Positions 15,401 through 24,400 of a stretch of 64,000 nucleotides of DNA are shown piece after piece. The stretch spans positions 1 through 64,000 of IMG/VR virus record IMGVR_UViG_3300008952_000012; one strand, 5' to 3'. The translations under genes and the position numbers were made by a program. A model generated the notes under the pieces. That model searched no databases and had not been told where the DNA came from. It saw nothing but the letters and a program-made list of their open reading frames with translations. The DNA comes from a virus. Positions within the stretch are counted from its first letter, which is position 1; each line of letters opens with the position of its first letter.

Positions 15401-18082
15401 AAGCCAAAGCCGGTTGAAAAGCCGGTTGACCCTCGGCTTGCAGCAGCACTCAAAGACTCCCAAAAACAAGATCAGGCCACCACCGCCGCTAAGAGCCACA
15501 CAATACAAGCAAGGGTGCAAAAGCAGTTAGCTAAAGGTAACCCTGTTACTGTCGGTTCCAAGGACACCGAGACGGTCGCCCAACACAAGATGGACAACCC
15601 GACAGGGAAGACCACCGCAACATGGAAGGGCGAGGGGATCACTCCCGTAGGCGAGGGGAACGCAGTCAAGATCACCCCAAATCAAGCCCCAGCATCTAAA
15701 TCAAACTCTTTTTCGAAGGCCGCGCCGTCAGGAAATCCCGTCTCGAACCCCCCTGCGGGGAAGTCCTCAGTACCCACGGCAACACTTAAGCAGTACAGGC
15801 CGCCAGGGATAAACCCGTCAACTGGCGAGTTGAATACCATGCTCTTTCCGGGGGATGAGGGTTGGTCAAAAGGTATGTATGAACGACCGTGGGCACCGAG
15901 AGGCGTGAACGTAGACCACCTTGGGAACGTGGTTGATAAACCAATAGTGCCACAGAACCAGAGCAAGCTTACTGCTAGGGGCGTGTCTCCGATAGGCGCG
16001 CAATTGTTAACGTCGATGATGGGCCAGGGGCTTGGTGCGGGAGCAAACCAACTCACCAAAGCCAGTTTACAAGGCACGGGTCAAGCAGCGACTGGCAAGG
16101 TAACCAAGCCAATACTTACGCCCGATGAGGAGCCAAACGTATCCAAGCGACTAGAGTCTGCTGTTGATGCTGGGTTACCAGGAGGGAAACGCGAGCGAGG
16201 GTCCTGGGTTGCTGAGGCGGACAGACCAAAAGTATATCCAGGCCAGGACGGCACCGCACATGATCCGTACTTCAGAACCGGTTATTATACCAGCGACGCA
16301 AAAGTAAATCAGACTAAGCCACAGGTTGCCCCGTCTGCTCAAGGCAAACCAACTGTTGCCAAGGGCGACTTTAACATCAAGATGAAACCCGGCCAAGGGT
16401 ATGGATACTTGTCTAGGCAGCTTAAGGCCAAGGGCATTGACATTTCCCATAAAGACTTGCGGGCGCGTATGGGCGATCAGATGCTCTATCGCAACAAGAG
16501 TTACACCTTTAACCCGTCTGAGTTTGCCGAAGGCTCTAAGGGCCTAGTGTCTGGCCGAAGAGGTGATGCTAAAAAGATTTCAAAGGGCGTCGCCACAGCA
16601 CAGCGAGGCTTGAAGCAGTGGGAAGGTGGCGGAAGAGCCAAATTCCTCGCCGCACGGAAAGCTAAAGCTGACGCCGCCAAAGCGGATGCAGCCAAGCCCA
16701 CAGTTGCCAAGGAAACCGCACCGAAGGCGGCACCGCCAATAAGTGATGAGTTGGCCGGATCACCCGCGCACCAAAGACAGGTAGCACTTGCTGATAGCCA
16801 GCCTAAGAGAACACAGGAGAAGCCCAAACTCGTACCCAAAGTTACGGGCAGTATCGTCCCGGGCTCAGTGAGGCCTTTGCCCCAGAAGCCGGTGGTCGAA
16901 GCTAAGCCAAAGGTCGAAGCTAAGCCAGTAGCCGAAGCTAAGCCCGTTGTTGGTGCCGCTAATCTATTCGGCAGTTCCGAGAGCACACCTAAGGCTAAGC
17001 CCGAGACGCCACCGAAAGTAGATGCGTCTGCTAAGCCAGCAGTGAAACCGGCACCGGCATACGTGCCCAGCATGATACGGGATGCGCAAACGGCAGTAGG
17101 GAAGTCCGCCCCAACGGCGGTGGCGAAGGCTAAGCTGCCAGACGTTGGCGGAATGACTCAGAGCCAAAGGTTTACGGAGTTCAATACTCCGGGCCTAAAG
17201 AAGTCAAACCCAGAGAGGTATCAGGCTCTTTTGGCCGGTATTAAGAAGAAGAACACACTTGACACCTTGCAGCAGCACGCTGGAGAGATGGATGATTCCG
17301 CTGCGGGCATTCGAGATATCAAAGCGCATGCTGCCCTCGGTTCCCACCTCCCTGGGACTGGGCAGAAAAAGATGGACGCGATTAGGGAAAAGCAGGAAGC
17401 CAAGAGACAGAAATACTTGGCGAGCGCACCTAAACCTAAGCCCGGTCAGAAGTTCGCGCCCACTACTCAAAAAGACCTAGATGACTTCCACGAGATGCAG
17501 CATAGATTTAAAAAGTCGCAAGATGAGTATAAGGATGAGGTTGGTACCGTAGTTGATCGGGGCCATGCCAGGGGCAAGGCGGATTATGCGGTAGCAGCGA
17601 AGAAGAGAGAAGCGGTCCCAGCATCAGAAGATCAGGGCAGTCTAGAAGAAGCTATTGGCAGTAGCGCTAGATCATATAAAGGAACCAGCCTAGAAGGCAG
17701 AAGTCACCCTGGTTATAACCCAAGCGACTCACAAGGATTCCGGAACCTCCAATCTCTCAAGGGCACCTTTGGGGGAGAGAAGGGCGGGCTCCATGGATAC
17801 CTTAGTCAGCACGGCGACTATGATCCAGCAAAGAGGGGTGCCTCTAGAGCATGGGACGGAAAGCCACTTAAACCAGATCAGGTAAGAGCCCTTGTTGCGC
17901 GAGCAGGTACCGATGGTAAGGCTGACTCTGTTAGAGCCATCCAGACACTTTATCAGTCTGGTAATATTGATGCATTAAAGGGGATGCTTAAGAGAGACGG
18001 CGGATCAGCCAAGAAGCCAAGCCAAGCAACTAAGCCCCACGTACCCCACGACCATGACGGCGATGGGAAACCGGATCACTAG
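12449..18082 (+). CDS. Multidomain polyprotein-like protein: permuted NlpC/P60 + GT28 (MGDG synthase/UgtP-like) glycosyltransferase + LysM-like + Pro/Ala/Lys-rich region
   Basis: GDIL..YHPTIVE..C..V..SPNDILGS..L (about 12617-13290); IHIYY..GRGH..A..IA..L, VTVSGGGTG, ADANVLRPHGTMGTEAVVAKKPMIL (about 13844-14950); IKMKPGQGYGYLSRQL (about 16370-16510). Confidence 0.75.
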   Translation: MGTMGKESSDKKKRLAVAGAAGLTPFAGLIGKTKELNPMAGKEFATSSDLARQAQKGDILMAGAPGRTLSGGFNKTFINMGIGKPAGYHPTIVEGVTPDGRLTVLEHGPDKGWQRKTLGKDSQASLSLLRQKSQAGATSTVDTARRYVAANEKLGTELLKHGLPEEEVLRIQKQAYSHRMNPAIGMRELFLPKGRSKTSVATQRAGADKALHFFEQNTAQIAENLANKSKAGQKITLSDLKCLGGVCTTVAAKSGVPVRAGTNLQYTSPNDILGSGKLRNVGYKRAVNSGTLGQRALHGVLRHAPNLVRGAAGVGLGALAYQGAKKIWPGEKTAGVLESALPRTVLEILKAKKDIKDKGATTKADVHKAADKAGIPWDNDPSFKRVSEEVTGKAHLDNMTPDELHKMKRVIQSKGILKTAKPTIANQGEDYTGNIATGAAGAGLMAPKAIEPMLGKDVTRYKPGKPIHIYYTDPDRGRGHKQQAQNIATALKRKGIPYELINVEQRYTTPAARKHLIDTYKRVMNGELSHGAWKKEWTKFYLTQVDKGALKAEAKGAGGVILTNPGLAPWMRGVMPSNIVVSDPSKAMIDTPLGTSWTRAQDTKYVPESIKDGYKGPNVRRISNVPLDPEMFDRYGPSPFNPKRSHVTVSGGGTGTDVLKQVEQLMGAKTREIKGKPLTIHAITGSLRKTRPGDYQRLLQMAEESGGRLIVHDKLPHDKLRPMLQMADANVLRPHGTMGTEAVVAKKPMILSARGGLGGDAKARYATGMNYSNALKFSELTGAPIAGTGGQTTRANLGQVFDQNMPKLDDLGKGVGEAASKFSDTATSITDDIIKRPKIHAPGRIPFSKQMAVAGGVLAGGAGLHALYKRYRGKDKPMKKVSMRLAWATQPLTQFERMTMDDLRDDGYVRGITKAAAVMGLIKTANGALTGHGDGSPDLMRRDSNSPTGWSPAGVTGTYKPRESKRYYSHAAKGDAMGSGRSKPKPKPVEKPVDPRLAAALKDSQKQDQATTAAKSHTIQARVQKQLAKGNPVTVGSKDTETVAQHKMDNPTGKTTATWKGEGITPVGEGNAVKITPNQAPASKSNSFSKAAPSGNPVSNPPAGKSSVPTATLKQYRPPGINPSTGELNTMLFPGDEGWSKGMYERPWAPRGVNVDHLGNVVDKPIVPQNQSKLTARGVSPIGAQLLTSMMGQGLGAGANQLTKASLQGTGQAATGKVTKPILTPDEEPNVSKRLESAVDAGLPGGKRERGSWVAEADRPKVYPGQDGTAHDPYFRTGYYTSDAKVNQTKPQVAPSAQGKPTVAKGDFNIKMKPGQGYGYLSRQLKAKGIDISHKDLRARMGDQMLYRNKSYTFNPSEFAEGSKGLVSGRRGDAKKISKGVATAQRGLKQWEGGGRAKFLAARKAKADAAKADAAKPTVAKETAPKAAPPISDELAGSPAHQRQVALADSQPKRTQEKPKLVPKVTGSIVPGSVRPLPQKPVVEAKPKVEAKPVAEAKPVVGAANLFGSSESTPKAKPETPPKVDASAKPAVKPAPAYVPSMIRDAQTAVGKSAPTAVAKAKLPDVGGMTQSQRFTEFNTPGLKKSNPERYQALLAGIKKKNTLDTLQQHAGEMDDSAAGIRDIKAHAALGSHLPGTGQKKMDAIREKQEAKRQKYLASAPKPKPGQKFAPTTQKDLDDFHEMQHRFKKSQDEYKDEVGTVVDRGHARGKADYAVAAKKREAVPASEDQGSLEEAIGSSARSYKGTSLEGRSHPGYNPSDSQGFRNLQSLKGTFGGEKGGLHGYLSQHGDYDPAKRGASRAWDGKPLKPDQVRALVARAGTDGKADSVRAIQTLYQSGNIDALKGMLKRDGGSAKKPSQATKPHVPHDHDGDGKPDH
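16898..16948 (+). repeat. Coding 18-nt tandem repeat x3 (EAKPxV/A)
   Basis: GAAGCTAAGCC at 16898, 16916 and 16934. Confidence 0.8.
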
Positions 18083-18100
18083 CAATTATTAGGACGTAAT

Positions 18101-18781
18101 ATGAGCACCCCAGAAGAATATAATAGCCAGCAGATGAGCCTTGGTAGGCTAACTGACGCCCAAATAACGCATCTTGTCAAAAACTGGCAGGAGCAAAGCG
18201 GACTTGAGGTGGACGGATACTGCGGCCCAAAAACCCAGGCGTCGATTATTTCCGATCTATTTGGCGCAAATGGCGAACCTAGTAAACTCGGTCTCCAAGC
18301 TCTACAAGTAGCAATAGGTGAGATCGGTAATGGCGAGGTGGGAGGAAACAATTCTGGGCCGCACGTGGCAAGATATCACGGCATCATTGATGATGGTGAT
18401 GATGATGACGATGGCGCTTGGTGTGCTAGTTTTGTTAGTTATTGTTGTGGCGTCGCAGCAGATAATCTCGGCATTACGTTGCCCTTTAAAAAGAGTCGCG
18501 GCGCGAAAGCGTTGCACGCGAAGGTCGTCAAATCGGAAGGCGGGCGGTTCGTGGAAGTGAGCCAAACTCTTCCTGGAGACATAGTGATATGGGACCGTGG
18601 CCCCTTATTGGCCAATGGCAAGCCCTCTTGGATGGGACATATAGGGTTTGTTGAGAAGCTTGAAAACGGTATTTTATATACAGTTGAGGGCAACGTTGGT
18701 AGGTTTCCGTCAACTGTGCACCGTATTAAGCATGACTTAAGTAGAGAGCCCAAACTTATTGGGTGCGCGAGGATGCCTTAG
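18101..18781 (+). CDS. Endolysin: peptidoglycan-binding domain + CHAP amidase
   Basis: WQEQSGLEVDGYCGPKT (PG-binding); AWCASFVSYC, PGDIVIWD, GHIGFVE, TVEGN (CHAP). Confidence 0.9.
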   Translation: MSTPEEYNSQQMSLGRLTDAQITHLVKNWQEQSGLEVDGYCGPKTQASIISDLFGANGEPSKLGLQALQVAIGEIGNGEVGGNNSGPHVARYHGIIDDGDDDDDGAWCASFVSYCCGVAADNLGITLPFKKSRGAKALHAKVVKSEGGRFVEVSQTLPGDIVIWDRGPLLANGKPSWMGHIGFVEKLENGILYTVEGNVGRFPSTVHRIKHDLSREPKLIGCARMP

Positions 18782-18783
18782 TA

Positions 18784-18996
18784 ATGTTATTAGACGCAGC
18801 AAGAAAGAAATACGAAGCCAAGATCGCTGAAGCAGAGGCTATTACACGGTTATATTTAACCAAGCCTGTGGCAGTAGCTGATCACAGTGAGATAATGTGC
18901 GAAATAGATCGCTGGCTTGGTGTTCTTGCTGAGAGTAAGGATAGGCTCGACGCCCTAAACGAGCTTGATCTCGTAGGAGATAATAATGGCGAGTAA
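18784..18996 (+). CDS. Small conserved phage coiled-coil protein
   Basis: YEAKIAEA..LYLTKPVAVADHSEIMCEIDRWL pattern recalled from marine phage small proteins; start at ATG 18784. Confidence 0.65.
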   Translation: MLLDAARKKYEAKIAEAEAITRLYLTKPVAVADHSEIMCEIDRWLGVLAESKDRLDALNELDLVGDNNGE

Positions 18997-20134
18997 GAAA
19001 TACCCAAGAAATCCACGCATGGACGTAACAGCGCAGGCCCCCTTTCTCGGACCCCTTGCTGCCCTTAGCGCTGAAAAAGGCAAGGGCTGGAGAACGTTCT
19101 TCGGGCAAGGTGCCGGTGCTGGTGTAGGCGTGGGCGTGGCCAAGGCTCTTCTACCCATCATAGCTAAAGGGAATGTACCTTTAGCGCTCGCATTGCCCAG
19201 TATTCTGGGCATGGGTGGAGCGGCTGGTGGCGCTTATATTTCGCATGGCAAGAACAGCCCTAAAGTGCAGGCAAAGATTGATGCTTGGCACGCCGCTAGG
19301 AAAGCAGCAAAGAAGAAGAAATCAAAACAGAAGACCGCTGCCTGGAAAGATGGGGAGCCTCACCGCCGCAAAATGTTCAAGGATATGAAGAAAAGCGGCA
19401 AAGGGGCTGCGAAAGACTTAAGTGCCATGAAGGGTGAGTTAGCAGCCATGCTAGCTTCTTACGGGGCCACTGGGTATGGGTTGCACAATGTGCTGACCGG
19501 TGAGGATAAAGCCGTGATGACCAAAGATCCGGTATTCCAGAAGGCACTCAAGAAGATGACCAAAAACTTCAAGGCTGCTGGCGGAACAATGACGGAAGGC
19601 CCTAAGATGTTTGCGTCGTATAGACCCGGGGCGGAGATAGTCATGCACCCGAAAAAGAACGTACCCATCACCCTGCATGAGTTAGGTCATTCTACGGCCA
19701 TGTCTCACAAGCGGAAGGGTACGCTGCAAAAGCTCATGGGTAAGTTTAGAAAAGCCAATATGAACCACTTCTATGGGATGGGCAAAGGATTAGCGCCTGC
19801 CGCCGGTATGCTTACGGCCCTGTCTGGGGAAGATAAAGATGCATTAAAGAGGGGCAAAGCGGGAGCCGCCATATCCGGCATCGGGTCTCTGGGTATGCTC
19901 GGGGAGGAAGCTGCTGCTAATGTCAACGCCATGAAAGCCCTTAAAAAGGCATCGGGCGGGGGGAAACTTGGTAGAAAAGCCATGCTCCGATATGTAAAGG
20001 CCGTAGGACCCGCACAGGGAACTTATTTAGCCGCCGTTGCTGCCGCAATGGCCACACCACTAATTGCCGGAAAATTACGCCGACGCTCTTATGAGAAGAA
20101 GATGTTGAAGGCCAAAAAGCAAAGGAAGTCTTAG
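18986..20134 (+). CDS. Membrane-associated HExxH zinc metallopeptidase-like protein with KTA motif
   Basis: TLHELGHS (19676-19690) plus downstream EEAAANVNA; flanking Gly-rich hydrophobic helices. Confidence 0.75.
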   Translation: MASKKYPRNPRMDVTAQAPFLGPLAALSAEKGKGWRTFFGQGAGAGVGVGVAKALLPIIAKGNVPLALALPSILGMGGAAGGAYISHGKNSPKVQAKIDAWHAARKAAKKKKSKQKTAAWKDGEPHRRKMFKDMKKSGKGAAKDLSAMKGELAAMLASYGATGYGLHNVLTGEDKAVMTKDPVFQKALKKMTKNFKAAGGTMTEGPKMFASYRPGAEIVMHPKKNVPITLHELGHSTAMSHKRKGTLQKLMGKFRKANMNHFYGMGKGLAPAAGMLTALSGEDKDALKRGKAGAAISGIGSLGMLGEEAAANVNAMKALKKASGGGKLGRKAMLRYVKAVGPAQGTYLAAVAAAMATPLIAGKLRRRSYEKKMLKAKKQRKS

Positions 20135-20135
20135 T

Positions 20136-20795
20136 ATGAACTCTTTAGAAAAACACGCAGCGAAAAGACTGCTTTTGGAAAAAATGGCCTCTCTCGGGCT
20201 TGCCCTCAAGGGCGGACAGTTGCTTGACAAAGTGCGACGCGGAGTGCAAATCGCTAAGCGAGCGCCCGCTACCGCTGTTAGAGCCACAAGGGGCGCACGG
20301 CACGGAGTCCGAAGCGGAATTGCCGCCGACAAGGCGGGCAGAGTGGTGGCTAATAAAGTCCACAATCGGACTTGGAGCGAAGCCGCTAAAAAGGGACCCG
20401 TTTTCCGCCATTCGTCCAATATGGGTAAGAGGCTATACAAGACCACCAAAAACCCAGTCGTTCTGGCAACTGCCGGGGCGAGTGCTTACGAAGGGTCAAG
20501 AAGAGCGGTGAATGCCGCTGGTGGGACAGAGGGCATCAAGAACCGTCTCAAGAATGCTTGGGAAGGATTAAAGAACCCACGAAAAGACGCTTCCGCCGAA
20601 AACGCCTTCGCTACCAAGGTTGGTTCCGCTTGGTCTAAGCTGGCCAACCCGAATGTGGTGGCGGGCAACAAGAAGCCGAAACCGGCACCGAGAGGCGGAA
20701 TCCCCGCACCTAAACAGCCCGCTGCCAGGGTCGCTGGCAATGTTAAGCCATTGCAGCTATCCCTCAACACCCGGGGCTCAATGGGAAAAGTATAG
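20136..20795 (+). CDS. Basic EKxA-motif protein (putative internal virion protein)
   Basis: N-terminus EKHAA...EKMAS, then K/R/A/G-rich sequence. Confidence 0.65.
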   Translation: MNSLEKHAAKRLLLEKMASLGLALKGGQLLDKVRRGVQIAKRAPATAVRATRGARHGVRSGIAADKAGRVVANKVHNRTWSEAAKKGPVFRHSSNMGKRLYKTTKNPVVLATAGASAYEGSRRAVNAAGGTEGIKNRLKNAWEGLKNPRKDASAENAFATKVGSAWSKLANPNVVAGNKKPKPAPRGGIPAPKQPAARVAGNVKPLQLSLNTRGSMGKV

Positions 20796-20804
20796 GAGTA
20801 AATA

Positions 20805-21014
20805 ATGCATAACAAAAAGCATAAAGAGGAATCGCTCAGAGCAGCGCCAACCCCAGAAGGGGTGGAGGCTTCTCATGATCGAGGGTTTGTTGGTCTTGCT
20901 GGTCTTCTCCAAAAGGAAGAGGCCTTGGGAGCAGCAAAGACAGTTAAAGAAAAGAAGAAAGAAGCTATGATCCAAGCTTTGGCAGCAAAGCTTAGAGAAA
21001 GAGCAAGCGTGTAA
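20805..21014 (+). CDS. Small basic hypothetical protein
   Basis: AGGAG RBS; tight packing. Confidence 0.6.
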   Translation: MHNKKHKEESLRAAPTPEGVEASHDRGFVGLAGLLQKEEALGAAKTVKEKKKEAMIQALAAKLRERASV

Positions 21015-21107
21015 TTGTTTTGCCCATTGGGCTAGACAGTTCAGCTAAACCGCAGGAAAATTACGTAGTAATTTCCATTTTAGGCATTAATGCCGAGGAG
21101 AGTAGAG

Positions 21108-21242
21108 ATGGACGCATTTTTAGATATCATGAGTGGATTTGGTTGGGGCGTGGTCGTTGGAGCCGTTGCCTCCCCGTTTTTAATTACTTGCGCCAAGTGG
21201 GCCCTTAACAAGACTAAGGCCGCACTTGCTGCAAAGAAGTAA
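21108..21242 (+). CDS. Small membrane protein (44 aa), not in ORF track
   Basis: GAGGAG RBS; MDAFLDIMSGFGWGVVVGAVASPFLITCAKWALNKTKAALAAKK. Confidence 0.6.
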   Translation: MDAFLDIMSGFGWGVVVGAVASPFLITCAKWALNKTKAALAAKK

Positions 21243-21268
21243 TTTGCAGAACAACAGGAGATAACGTT

Positions 21269-21448
21269 ATGGAATTGCAAATGGCCGTTCAGGCCCTTTC
21301 AGAAAAACTTGGTGAAGCCCTCGTAGACGTCGCTAAGTTCGAGGACAAAGGCAATGATGCTGCTGCACGAAGGGCCAGGAAGACCCTTCAGCAGATTGCC
21401 GTTGCTTGTAAAGAGCTTCGAGCGCGTATTCAAGAACAGCGCTCTTAG
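21269..21448 (+). CDS. Histone H1-like (Hc1-family) small DNA-binding protein (59 aa), not in ORF track
   Basis: AGGAG RBS; DVAKFEDKGNDAAARRARKTLQQIAVACKELRARIQE matches the KF..KGN.AA..RARK....I....KELR signature. Confidence 0.8.
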   Translation: MELQMAVQALSEKLGEALVDVAKFEDKGNDAAARRARKTLQQIAVACKELRARIQEQRS

Positions 21449-21478
21449 TAGAGAGCTTATCTAGCGGGGTTATTTATT

Positions 21479-24400
21479 ATGGCTACTACGGCACCACGAT
21501 CTCTAAATCTAGAGTTATTTAGGACTAATTTTGATGACGAAAGCGACTTCGGGTCGGTTATTGCACAGGTGTCGAAGGCCAGCCTAGACTTGGTGTGGAA
21601 CGGTAAGTTTGATCCATCTGTCCCAAGTTTTTGGGCGGTTTATTTGCATATGGATGGTGAGCCAGCCAAGGGCTACTTGCCTATTACAGCCTTATACCCA
21701 AAGCTCAATCATCAGGGCACTGCCTATACTATTTCATGGGAAAGCCAGCCTAAGGCTCTATACGAAGAATTGGTTGCCAAGGGATATACCCATGCGACCG
21801 TGGCCGTCCGTAACCCGGCGGGAACCTACACCGGCTCCAACTTGGTTGCCCTTGCGGGCGACGGGGGCGGCGCGGGGAGACAGTGTCTTCCAGAAGGCAC
21901 GTTTGTCAGTTTTGACGGAGAGCCAAACGCCGGTGCCGATGGCAACCCCGAGACGGAAATACTTCTCGACTGGAACTACCTGTTAACCGATAGCGACGGT
22001 GACGGCGCTCCGGACTGCCCGCACGACGGGTTTCATATCTACAGGGGCGGTGAGCAAGTAGGAGATGTTGGTAGTACGGTTGCTGAGTATCTTGACCGAG
22101 GTCTCCTTGCTGGGACTTCCTATGTCTATACGTTGTACGCATACAACGAAGACGGGCAAGCTGATAATTACGCCTCTGTCGAGGTAGCTACTCACGCAGA
22201 GAACGAAGCGCCTATTGCGACCGACACTGAAGAGGGCTGGACACAAGGCCAAGACGCGTACACAGGCAGCTTTGTCGCGTCGGACCCCGATGGTGACGTT
22301 CTTACTTATTATGTAGCAGACGCGTATGTGAAAGATACCGATACCGGGAACGTATGGGGATCGGTCTCATATGACACCGCCAGCCCCACCTTCACGATCA
22401 CCGTGACGGACGCCACTTGGTATGGGTCTAGTTATATCGACTTCACGGTTTCCGACCCACACAACGAACACGATGATGGCCGCGTAACAATTAGTATGGC
22501 TGAGGCTGTGAACGAGCATCCCGTCGCCTCCTCATCATCCGAAACCGTAAACGAGGACGGATCTCTTGACGCGACTGCCGTTGCGTCCGATCCGGAGAAT
22601 GGCTCGTTAATTTATCATGTTGTGTCGCAACCCCAGAACGGGTCTTTAGCAAATGGGATCGACGGAACCGGGAATTATACGTACGATCCATCGGCAGAGT
22701 GGCATGGGACTGACTACTTCACATTTAGAGTGGAAGACCCTGAGGGGAACATATCAAATGTTGCCCAGGTAACCATAACGGTAGTGTCGGTCAACGACGC
22801 GCCAGAGATCACCATTACTGGTGACAACCCGTATGATGTGATGTTTACGGACCCGGGAACGTATGTAGACCCCGGGGCACTATGGTCGGACGTTGAAGAT
22901 GGATCGGGGCTTACTGCCGTAAGTGGGGATATTGTAAATCTGGCCAATTCGGGCAATTATTACATCAAGTACGACTACACTGATACTGATGGGGCCCCTG
23001 CGGATCAGGAAACAAGGACTGTTCGCGTCAACCTCGGCGCAGTACACGACTTAGCTGTCTCCCAGAATGAGGGCGCTCCCTCACAGGCGTTAGACCTTAA
23101 TTGGTCAGAGCCCCACACGCCAACAGCCGGTGACCCAGGCTACATAGCCGAAGCCAACATAATCTTTAAGATCTACTGCCAGCAATCACAGAGTGAAGAG
23201 CCCATCGCGATTGCCACCACCTCGCCGTTCATTGATACGGGCGACTGGTTAGACGGAGGGCTACAGCCGGATACCGAGTACACCTATTGGATCACTCGGC
23301 ACGACACCAACGGCTATTACTTACAAGCACAGGATGGAAACACGGCAAGCGGGAGAACCGCTTCGCAGAGCACGACCCCATCCCCGTGGTATCTATCGGT
23401 CTTAGACGGGATTCCTGAGCCATGGCATCAGTGCCGGTTGGAGTGGTCTCCCACGGTCGAAGAGACAGACATCACTGAGTTTAATCTCTACCAAAAGAAG
23501 GCAGAGGACACTTCGTGGGACCTTGTCTATACCGTAGACGTATCGGACGGGATCTTCCCAGATGACTTAAACCATCTACTGTCAGACCTAGATCCCGACA
23601 CGCAGTACCAATTTTATGTAACCGCTGCTAACTCTGCCGGTGAATCAGTTCCGTCCAATACGGCTGAGTTTACTACATCCCTCGTACCTACCGGCGTATT
23701 AACCGCTGATACGGATGAGGTAGGTGAATCCGCAGTAGTCACGGTGACTGGCGTCATACCTAATGGGTGGGGCTACACAACTGAAGACCCCGGTGATGAA
23801 ACAGACGTAACGCAGTGGCCTAACGTCACCCTAGTCACAAATGGGTCCATGTCTGACACAGCCGCTTACCCAGCGGGATCTCATGAGGTGTGGGTTGCGG
23901 GAATTGGTTACTCAGATCCAACACACCACATTCAGTTTGAAACATACTCTGGGATCTCACCAGACGTTACGCCAGAAGCAGCTATTGCGCAGGATAACGT
24001 AACACTGTCTTGTTCGGTGCCCCATAGCGGCTCAAACGACTGGACAAGTGTCTTTTACGCTGTCGATTTAGTGGGCTGGGCGGGGAATCCCGGAGACTCG
24101 CTCCTTGGGACATCGTTCATCAACGGTCTTCCTGACGAAAGCGGAGATTTTTCCGTTGATGTGAGTATGCACCCTCCGGGCGTGTACGACGTTACTTTTA
24201 TTGGCGCGTATAACGAGGACGGCGATCAGGAGCAGTGCGGCACACAATCTTCCGCTATCACCTTCCATCGATACCGAGGGATAGATGATATCTTGGTGCA
24301 GGTAACTGGGCACGACGGAATACCGGACAATGTGAACATCACTGTTTTCGGAACGGGCCCAGACACCCCCCACGGGTGGAGGTATTCTACCTCCGGCCCT

